Shown here piece by piece: positions 57,095-64,000 of a DNA stretch of 64,000 bases; within the stretch, counting starts at the first letter, position 1; each line of letters begins with the position of its first letter. Source of the stretch: a virus (taxonomy: Duplodnaviria; Caudoviricetes); IMG/VR virus record IMGVR_UViG_3300014204_000113, positions 96,001 through 160,000 of that record. The stretch is one strand, 5' to 3'. The notes under the pieces were generated by a model. It worked only from the letters and a program-made list of their open reading frames with translations. It was not told where the DNA came from and did not search any database. The position numbers and the translations under genes were made by a program.

Positions 57095-57559
57095 TTATTC
57101 ATAGGTTTGGGGCAGCGAAGCAGAATCCAACCAAACATCAACAGTACCAGCACTACAAGTAGCAGCACCAACAGTACCTTTGACACGTAGATAACGTTTA
57201 CAAACAGGAGGCAGGGCGGCGCTATAGACCAACTTACCAGCAGTAAGCAAATTCTGAGTCATGCTGGAAGCGCCAGCCAAATTCATATTCACTAAATTGG
57301 AAAAAGAAGCTGCGGAATTGGCAGTGGCATTCTGTAGAAACAGAGCAATAGTGCCAGTAGCAGCATTACCAGCAACGGCAGTGCCAATGCGAGCATGAAT
57401 GTAAATCGGCTCGCCGCGGCCTACGTTTGGATTGACAGCAGTGCCATTCCAATCTACCGCGGGTCCAAGATCGATGACATTACCAGTGACAGTGGCATCG
57501 GCAGAACCAGCAAGAGATTGTGCATCCATAAAACTAAGTTTTGCATCTAAAATTGCCAT
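57095..57559 (-). CDS. Capsid cement/decoration protein (Bbp16-like)
   Basis: MAILDAKLSF.DAQ...NVIDLG...KRYLRV...AGTVDVWL resembles Bordetella phage BPP-1 Bbp16. Confidence 0.75.
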   Translation of the reverse strand: MAILDAKLSFMDAQSLAGSADATVTGNVIDLGPAVDWNGTAVNPNVGRGEPIYIHARIGTAVAGNAATGTIALFLQNATANSAASFSNLVNMNLAGASSMTQNLLTAGKLVYSAALPPVCKRYLRVKGTVGAATCSAGTVDVWLDSASLPQTYE

Positions 57560-57690
57560 GATGAATACTCCTATTAGAACTGATAAGTTCTATGTATCAA
57601 AAGGTGTTTCTGCTTTGTTCTTGTTGCAATTTTATGGATGAACTTTTTGTTCAGTGCTTAAAGAACATCAGAAAATTAATTTATTGGATG

Positions 57691-58452
57691 TTATTTAACA
57701 CCCACAACTTTTAAATGTTTGCGTTTTTGTAATTTTAATTCTTTTTCGAGCCAAGAAGTCAGCATTTGTAGTTCTTCAAGGTTGTATTTATTCTTCATAA
57801 AGTTCGCTCGATTTGAAATTACCACAACATTTCCTTTAATATAACCATCCTCTGGAATTAAACGGTCTAAGGTTGGACTGTTTTGACCTATAACTTTTTT
57901 ATTACTTTCTAGTTTAATATCGGGAAATACAGGACAATATTCTGGAATTACAATATCAGATAACTCTAAGTTGAATGGCAAATTTTTCTGTTTAGCTCTC
58001 CTTTTTGCAGCCACAAAAATATTATATTCAACAGATTTCTTACCTCTTATACATTGTCCATGTTTGATCCTATTTTTTCTTTCATATCTCTTATAACAAC
58101 CACAACTTTTAGTGTGGTCACTATTTAATGAACCAGTAGTAACAATAACTTCATTACCACAGTCACATTTACATAACCAGAGTTGATTTTTACCTCTCAT
58201 TCCATGAAAACTTAAAACAAGAAGTTTCTGAAATCTTTCACCAACCAAATCCATTTTCTTTCGTTGATTAATAGGACAGTCAAGTTCTTTAAGAATCCTT
58301 CCGACTCGGACTCCTCCTATTCCAAATTGCTTACCAACTTCATTCATGTTTAAACCAGTTTTATAAAGATTCACAATCTTTTGATTGCGTTCTAGCATTT
58401 TTGCATCTGCTTTTGCTGGCATAATTTTCCTTTTACATAGTAGGGGGTACAA
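57691..58452 (-). CDS. Free-standing homing endonuclease-like protein (HTH plus His-Me finger-like domain)
   Basis: N-terminal HTH; WLCKCDCGN..KSCGC; CPVF...SPTLDRLIP..GY.KGNVVVIS.RAN.MK. Confidence 0.75.
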   Translation of the reverse strand: MYPLLCKRKIMPAKADAKMLERNQKIVNLYKTGLNMNEVGKQFGIGGVRVGRILKELDCPINQRKKMDLVGERFQKLLVLSFHGMRGKNQLWLCKCDCGNEVIVTTGSLNSDHTKSCGCYKRYERKNRIKHGQCIRGKKSVEYNIFVAAKRRAKQKNLPFNLELSDIVIPEYCPVFPDIKLESNKKVIGQNSPTLDRLIPEDGYIKGNVVVISNRANFMKNKYNLEELQMLTSWLEKELKLQKRKHLKVVGVK

Positions 58453-58501
58453 GGAAGATAAGCGACATTCTATTTATCTTCCTTGTAAGTTGTTGAAATA
58501 A

Positions 58502-59476
58502 CTACGTAAGTGCAGACTCAGTGCTTAGCAAAACGTCAGCTTTTTTCACCGGGACACCTCGGAAATGGAGAGTTGGAATCCCGAATGGACCTGATGGTAA
58601 ATACTGAACATTAGTCTTATCTTTAGCTTCTTTATCAAGACAAGAAAGTACAGTAGAATTTGCATACATAACAGAACCAGCACCATCCATATCCATCTGG
58701 CGAAGGGCATCAATCAGTTTGTCAGAAAGATTAGAAGCAGTTGCAGGGATATTGCATACGCGTTGCACACACTTGTCATTTATAATGGCAAGTCCACACC
58801 ACACTTTGAAGTGGCTTTGATAAACCTTATATGGCAATCCGTTTGCATCTGTGACAACCAATTCGTCATCATTAGTCATAGTAATACCAGCATTAGGTTG
58901 AGCATTACGAGGATAAACCAAATGGGCTTTGGTTGGACCCCATTGTACAATCCAAATGCTATTCAAAGTTGATCCAGTTCCGCCATAGTTATGGACATTA
59001 TGTACAGCACTTACACCAGCAGTAGTCAGAGTTGCATAACGGGTAGCAAGACCATCAAATTTCTCAGGAGAACCAACAGTGGTCCCATAAAAAATCTGAT
59101 TAGCTAAAGTCTGGGACATACCCTCAACAAAGGCTAAATCTTCAGACATCCGAAAAGCAGCAGGATCGGGGTTAAGTTCAATGAGAGCAGAATCAATACG
59201 GCTATAAGATTCTAATAGAGCGATACTCTCAATGACTTGAGTGGTGGTGGATTTTTCCAGAGCCACACCAGAATTAATCTTACGAAAACTACCTGCGGGC
59301 AAAGACAAACGCTTGGCAGAGATGTGTTGGGTGTCTCCATTTCCTCTCAACCACGGAGCATCGTCCAATACAGTATTTACTTTATTTAGAACTTCTGCTA
59401 TAGCCATAACGACATTATCTTTAGTACGTTTGGCAGCATCAATCAAAGTCATTTGAGTTGCAGTTAATAGAGCCAT
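58502..59476 (-). CDS. Major capsid protein (BPP-1 Bbp17-like)
   Basis: TLIDAAKR...EVLNKVN..LDD...LPAGSFRKIN.GV...FRMSEDLAFVEGMSQ...FYG...KFDGLATRY...FRGVPVKKAD. Confidence 0.88.
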   Translation of the reverse strand: MALLTATQMTLIDAAKRTKDNVVMAIAEVLNKVNTVLDDAPWLRGNGDTQHISAKRLSLPAGSFRKINSGVALEKSTTTQVIESIALLESYSRIDSALIELNPDPAAFRMSEDLAFVEGMSQTLANQIFYGTTVGSPEKFDGLATRYATLTTAGVSAVHNVHNYGGTGSTLNSIWIVQWGPTKAHLVYPRNAQPNAGITMTNDDELVVTDANGLPYKVYQSHFKVWCGLAIINDKCVQRVCNIPATASNLSDKLIDALRQMDMDGAGSVMYANSTVLSCLDKEAKDKTNVQYLPSGPFGIPTLHFRGVPVKKADVLLSTESALT

Positions 59477-59497
59477 CTATTTGTTACTCCTGTTTAT

Positions 59498-60328
59498 TTA
59501 CCTTTCTTTATTAAACATAGTAGGGTATAGGGTTTCGGCAAGGGATTTTTCCTTATCATTAGTACGAGCACCAGGATTAGACATCCCTCCACCAGCACCA
59601 TCAGTTCTTAAAATTCTATCTCGTTGTGGATCGCGATTAACTAAAATTTCAATAGCCTCTTCTGGAGAAGCTATTTCGCCAGGGTTAGCTTTAGAAATGA
59701 TAGGTTTGTCATCTATCTTTCCAACAGCGGTAAGTTTTCCGTTTTTTTCTTCGATGGTAAAGTAGTCTCCAAAATAACTAAAAGCAGCACTTGGAAAAAG
59801 ATAAGTTTTGTCTCTAAGGAAATCAGAACGATCAAAAGCACCTCTTACTAATTGGTCACGTATCTGACTCTCTTTTAATTTAATTGCCTTCTCTTTTTCC
59901 ATTAAGGCGTTTTCATAACTATCTTTCGCCTCTTTAAGTAAAGCCTCATAACCTTCTTTCGCGCTTGATTTAATTCTCTCTACCTCGCCTGCATCAACCA
60001 TTTGTTTGTCAGTATAATTTTTAACCGTTTCGATTGCTTTCTTAGCTTTCTCTGGGTCTAAACCGTCAAACTTTCTGGTGAGTTCATTAAAAGAGTTAGT
60101 CGTTTCTGTAAGAGAATTTTCTAATTCTTGAATTTTCAAGCGACGTTCTTTGCTTTCACTATTGGCCATTTTGAGATCACCCCAAAGTTCAGCCGCATCT
60201 AATGCTACCTCTTGTTTATTTTGGTCAATATAAAGTGGTTTACCTTCTTCATTTAAAACTACATAACCATCTTCATTTTTCTTCAATTCTAACGGAAACT
60301 TAATATCTGGTTTATTATCAGCACTCAT
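59498..60328 (-). CDS. Capsid scaffolding protein
   Basis: Coiled-coil protein directly upstream of the capsid gene; ends SLAETLYPTM. Confidence 0.7.
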   Translation of the reverse strand: MSADNKPDIKFPLELKKNEDGYVVLNEEGKPLYIDQNKQEVALDAAELWGDLKMANSESKERRLKIQELENSLTETTNSFNELTRKFDGLDPEKAKKAIETVKNYTDKQMVDAGEVERIKSSAKEGYEALLKEAKDSYENALMEKEKAIKLKESQIRDQLVRGAFDRSDFLRDKTYLFPSAAFSYFGDYFTIEEKNGKLTAVGKIDDKPIISKANPGEIASPEEAIEILVNRDPQRDRILRTDGAGGGMSNPGARTNDKEKSLAETLYPTMFNKER

Positions 60329-60396
60329 TTGGAATCTCTCCTCTTTCCAGTTGGTATCACACCATGATAACCAATTAAAAATTTATATTATTAATA

Positions 60397-60441
60397 AAAA
60401 AAAAGAACTGGACAGGGCATCACGCCCTTGTTTGCCAGTTC
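60397..60441 (-). terminator. Intrinsic terminator-like hairpin upstream of the scaffold gene
   Basis: Minus strand GAACTGG...GGGC GTGAT GCCC...CCAGTTC followed by a T-run. Confidence 0.55.
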
Positions 60442-60732
60442 CTTCAATTGCCCTCTTAATGAGGATTGGTGGATAATCTGAATTATTTAATTATATGTTT
60501 AATTATCAGTAGGGTCTCTAGGCATATAACCTCTCTATTTTATAGGTTCACGATAATCAACAAATGCGCTCATCAACTTACCAGACATGAAATTAAATTC
60601 AAAATTGAACTTGCCAGTCTTATTGGAAGACTGCCATTTGTCCAATTCAAGTCTTAATCTCTGTATGACTTTTTCTGGTGATGGTGATGTTTGCATAAGT
60701 ATAGGTAAATAATTGTTATCCTTTCTATATTA

Positions 60733-60761
60733 AGTTTAACATAATTTGATAGTCATTACAA
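60733..60761 (-). promoter_or_regulatory. Sigma70-like promoter pointing toward the head genes
   Basis: Minus strand TTGTAA-17 nt-TAAACT with an extended TG. Confidence 0.5.
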
Positions 60762-60845
60762 GGAAAGAATGACATTTTCGTATAATAAAATGCATTTTAT
60801 TTGCATTTTTGTTTATTTTTACAATAAACGATCCAATTGGGCCAT

Positions 60846-61076
60846 TTATGAGCCAATTCTACTTTCAAATTTTTCACAAACACAACATGGAACACATATC
60901 CAATCTTCAATCGCTGTTTGCATTAGGCAATCTTCATAATGCAAACAATTTCTTCTTTCTGTATCCCTATGTTTCTTTATACCTATTGGTGTAACATTCC
61001 TCATATCCTTATGGATAGTCTTTCTTCCGCATATTACACATCTACCATTTTGTATGATTGGTGAAATAGTGGACAT
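60846..61076 (-). CDS. Cys-rich hypothetical protein
   Basis: CVIC and CVPCCVC motifs. Confidence 0.5.
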   Translation of the reverse strand: MSTISPIIQNGRCVICGRKTIHKDMRNVTPIGIKKHRDTERRNCLHYEDCLMQTAIEDWICVPCCVCEKFESRIGS

Positions 61077-61079
61077 ATA

Positions 61080-62096
61080 CTATGTTCTTACTGGGTAGAA
61101 AGTTGTAGTTAAACTCACGACTCTATTGGGTGCAATTGATATTTCAAAAATCCAAAAACCCATAGCAGCACTTAATTTTCTCCCTCTCATAAATGGAGTT
61201 TGCATTTGTGTAGTCCCACCTTGAATAACACAAACTCCTCGATAAAATAAAACTTCAGCTTTATGATAGTGGCCCAAACACATCACGTCCGGCTTTGTTC
61301 CGCTAGGAAGGGCTTCAATATATTTTTGAGCATTGTAACTTATTGCGTAGGCTGTGCCTCCGTCCGGGTGGCACAATCTTATCGTAGCAGTACAATCGTC
61401 ATCGCCAATAGTGATATCAGCTTCTTGATGACCCAAACAAACTAAATCTGAACGCTTATCAGATATTTTTACACCAATATCATTTCCACCATCTTTCCAA
61501 AAACTTCTATCATGATTACCTACAATAAAATATGTAGTTATCCCATTTCTTTTAGGATAAACTTCAGTAATTAAATTTACTTGAGCATCACTTCCAATCG
61601 CCTCAATTTCATATTCCTGACCCTTGAACATCTTCTGGCCTTCTGCAATATCTCCAGAATGAAACACCGTTTTGATATTCTCTAATTCAAAAACATCATA
61701 GGCATAATTAAGCAACGCTTTGTCCGAATACAAACTTCCCAAATGGGTGTCTGACACATAACCAAATTTATGATGAGTTCCATCCAAACACAGCTTAGGA
61801 CTTTGTATATGCCTAGTCAACTCCTGCACTTGTCTTTGTAATTTCTTCACTTGTTCTTCTGCATCAGAAGTTTTTGGACCAGTTTCTTCTTTTTCCACAA
61901 CAGGAATTTCATCACCCATTTCAGCAAGATACTTCTTGGCTTCTTCCAAAGCATCTCCCCATTTGCCAAAAAGTCTATAGAGAACACGCCTTGATGGTTT
62001 CTCTGTTTTCAGAGTGTCATAGACAACAGCAGATATGGTCCCTTGTTCTTTGATAATTGAAGCGAACTTTTCAAGTGCTTGATTTTTATCAATCAT
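61080..62096 (-). CDS. Calcineurin-like metallophosphoesterase with N-terminal helical domain
   Basis: SDTHLGS, GDIAEG, GNHD, HP and GHYH motifs. Confidence 0.85.
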   Translation of the reverse strand: MIDKNQALEKFASIIKEQGTISAVVYDTLKTEKPSRRVLYRLFGKWGDALEEAKKYLAEMGDEIPVVEKEETGPKTSDAEEQVKKLQRQVQELTRHIQSPKLCLDGTHHKFGYVSDTHLGSLYSDKALLNYAYDVFELENIKTVFHSGDIAEGQKMFKGQEYEIEAIGSDAQVNLITEVYPKRNGITTYFIVGNHDRSFWKDGGNDIGVKISDKRSDLVCLGHQEADITIGDDDCTATIRLCHPDGGTAYAISYNAQKYIEALPSGTKPDVMCLGHYHKAEVLFYRGVCVIQGGTTQMQTPFMRGRKLSAAMGFWIFEISIAPNRVVSLTTTFYPVRT

Positions 62097-62128
62097 TTAT
62101 TTTTCCTTTTTAAATAGGTTTTTAAATA

Positions 62129-62536
62129 TTATCTTATTCCTCTTCTCTTCATTTCTCTGTTCATAGCATTAGAAATAGTTTTATCAAGAACGCCACTCTT
62201 GATAACTTTTTTAATTTCATCTTCATTAACATTTATATTAACTGAGCGACCATTATTCATAATCTTACGAATATCATCTTCATTAGGAGGAAAGTTATTG
62301 ACAATTATTCCGCCACTATGCCAAATTTTTTCTCTTTCCAATTCCTTATCCATTCTTCTGACAGTGAGCAAGGCGTTCCACGCCAACTCTATTGTCTGCC
62401 ATCTTTCTGCCTCAGTCATTATTCTGAGAAGTTCTTCTTGAATTAAGATTTTGTTAGGCATTTGATATTTCCTCTTATTTCCAAAATTGATACCAAGATT
62501 TCTTTTCTTCTTTCTTAGGTTCAACAGGCACCACAT
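62129..62536 (-). CDS. Hypothetical protein (likely start ~62461)
   Basis: ORF between the spanins and the phosphoesterase. Confidence 0.5.
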   Translation of the reverse strand: MWCLLNLRKKKRNLGINFGNKRKYQMPNKILIQEELLRIMTEAERWQTIELAWNALLTVRRMDKELEREKIWHSGGIIVNNFPPNEDDIRKIMNNGRSVNINVNEDEIKKVIKSGVLDKTISNAMNREMKRRGIR

Positions 62537-62813
62537 TAGTAAGTTGTTCTACCAATGCTTCAATAGCCATATCTCTTTCATCAAAACCACCTTCAACACC
62601 AATCATATATTCTTCAAGTTCACCAATAAAACCAAGAGGCATCTTGTCGAAATCTTGTCTATTCGGTGGTTTTAGCTTTGGCCTTGGCGTTAGGTCTTTT
62701 AATGTTACTGCTGGTGTTCTTGGTTGAGGTGGGAGGTACTTTATTGTTGTACACCCTAAGCCAATTGTCATAAAGATAATCACGGTTATTATCGCTAACT
62801 GCTTTCTTAACAT
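62475..62813 (-). CDS. Putative o-spanin (Rz1-like lipoprotein)
   Basis: Signal peptide with lipobox LGC, Pro-rich; overlaps the 3' end of the upstream TM gene in another frame. Confidence 0.65.
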   Translation of the reverse strand: MLRKQLAIITVIIFMTIGLGCTTIKYLPPQPRTPAVTLKDLTPRPKLKPPNRQDFDKMPLGFIGELEEYMIGVEGGFDERDMAIEALVEQLTNVVPVEPKKEEKKSWYQFWK

Positions 62814-63078
62814 CAGAAGTCTCCTTCTGTACCTTCTGTCTTAAAGATAGTTGGTTTCTTTGAAATTTTATAGTAGCTTCCAAATCAGCCACTTTCTGTC
62901 TTTCTTGATATAAATCAAGCAATGCTTTGTCTCTTTCTTTTTCTATTTTTGTTATTTTGCTTTCATAGTTCCAAGCAGACAGTTTGTTATATATCCCAAA
63001 AGCGCCTACAGCAAGACAAGCGATTACTATGATGCCTATCTTGCTGCTTATGAATGTCCATATTAAACTTATGCCCAT
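62659..63078 (-). CDS. Putative i-spanin (Rz-like)
   Basis: N-terminal TM segment and coiled coil; follows the endolysin. Confidence 0.65.
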   Translation of the reverse strand: MGISLIWTFISSKIGIIVIACLAVGAFGIYNKLSAWNYESKITKIEKERDKALLDLYQERQKVADLEATIKFQRNQLSLRQKVQKETSDVKKAVSDNNRDYLYDNWLRVYNNKVPPTSTKNTSSNIKRPNAKAKAKTTE

Positions 63079-63084
63079 GATTAT

Positions 63085-63573
63085 TTATCCCTGGAATATT
63101 TCTTTGAATTGTTCTGCTCTATCCAAGACATCAGAAGAGTAATTTTTATTCGCAGTTCTATTGTCAATGTTTTCACCATTGCGAACAACTCTCATCATAT
63201 TTCCTTCACCACAATTATATGCTGCGATTGCTGCTTGTTCTGCTTCTTCTTGATTCATATTGTCAAAGCCACCATGCTCGTTCAAATAATTATATTTATC
63301 TGTAAGTATCTTAACGCCCATTTCTATATTAATAAATGGGTCTTGCCAATCATGGTTAGCTAACCAACTGCCAAAACTACGGTCATCTATTTGAACTAGA
63401 CCGTGCCCATGACCATTATCTCCTGTCATGTCTGGGTCAAGAATTAATCCGAATCTTGATTCTCTAGAAATAATCGCTGAAATAACTTCTGGTCTCCAAT
63501 CATATTTCTCAGCAAGAGGTTTGATGATTGGTGCTAATTCTTTGCATAATTCAAATTCTTCTTTTTTAATCAT
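63085..63573 (-). CDS. Lytic transglycosylase / goose-lysozyme-like endolysin
   Basis: AIISRESRFG (catalytic Glu), GHGLVQID, AAYNCG. Confidence 0.85.
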   Translation of the reverse strand: MIKKEEFELCKELAPIIKPLAEKYDWRPEVISAIISRESRFGLILDPDMTGDNGHGHGLVQIDDRSFGSWLANHDWQDPFINIEMGVKILTDKYNYLNEHGGFDNMNQEEAEQAAIAAYNCGEGNMMRVVRNGENIDNRTANKNYSSDVLDRAEQFKEIFQG

Positions 63574-63582
63574 AAAGGCTCC

Positions 63583-64000
63583 TTAAAAATCAACGACTTC
63601 GTGCCAAGGGAACAAATCTCCAGGGTCAACTTTGCCCGCAGTTCGATCTGGAATATCTACATGACCAAAAATATCTTCAATTTTATAAACTTCTCCCAAA
63701 GCGGTAATTAATTTCTTATTGGCTTCTATTTGTTCTTTTGGCCAATCACTACCATTTCCAACATTTTCAATCCCAACAGAATGAGAATTAACTGTAAGTC
63801 CCTGATAATGTCCTTTGGCGTGCCATCCTTTAATATTAAATGGGAGTAACTGATAAATAGTCCCATCTTTAGCAATTACAACATGAGCAGATACTTGAGA
63901 GCGAGATGCACAAAGCCAAGATAAAGCACCTTCAAGTGAATTGTCACCAGTATAATGAATTACAATAAATTTTATTTCTATCTCACCACCATGATTAGGT
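63583..64000 (-). CDS. N-acetylmuramoyl-L-alanine amidase (Amidase_2/AmpD-like), 5' end outside window
   Basis: Manual translation gives IVIHYT...VSAH...GWHA...NSHSVGIEN...GHVDI...KVDPGDLFPW, with stop at 63583-63585. Confidence 0.88.
   Translation of the reverse strand, partial: PNHGGEIEIKFIVIHYTGDNSLEGALSWLCASRSQVSAHVVIAKDGTIYQLLPFNIKGWHAKGHYQGLTVNSHSVGIENVGNGSDWPKEQIEANKKLITALGEVYKIEDIFGHVDIPDRTAGKVDPGDLFPWHEVVDF

Noticed and set aside
1-64000. tRNA/rRNA genes and stop-codon reassignment
   Set aside because: No cloverleaf or rRNA motifs noticed; genes are full length in the standard code and use TAA, TAG and TGA stops.

Overview
This window is part of an AT-rich tailed (siphovirus-like) phage genome, probably with a Gram-negative, cobalamin-using host. 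It has two converging halves. The + strand (1-~33200) carries DNA metabolism genes: a class II ribonucleotide reductase, a resolvase-like nuclease, a split SbcC/Rad50 plus SbcD/Mre11, a GGQ peptidyl-tRNA hydrolase, a PcfJ-like protein and an IscB-omegaRNA element. It also carries a ~15 kb nucleotide-sugar/glycosyltransferase/methyltransferase/B12-radical-SAM cluster. The - strand (~33550-64000) carries the virion and lysis genes: a GC-richer tail-fibre/tail-tip block, tape measure, tail tube, head-tail joining proteins, a BPP-1-like capsid and cement protein, scaffold, three free-standing HNH-type endonucleases, extra glycosylation genes, spanins and two cell-wall hydrolases. The standout feature is five intergenic, strictly 5-nt-periodic arrays at 16661, 20341, 20443, 30436 and 32187. 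Each alternates a constant triplet (GGY, or TGT in one array) with a variable dinucleotide, and four are closed by a hairpin. One lies directly upstream of a stand-alone 188-aa RAMP/Cas7-like gene (30575-31141). Together they look like a compact phage RNA-guided system whose guide information sits in non-contiguous dinucleotides. All calls come from reading the sequence and recalled family motifs; no searches were run.
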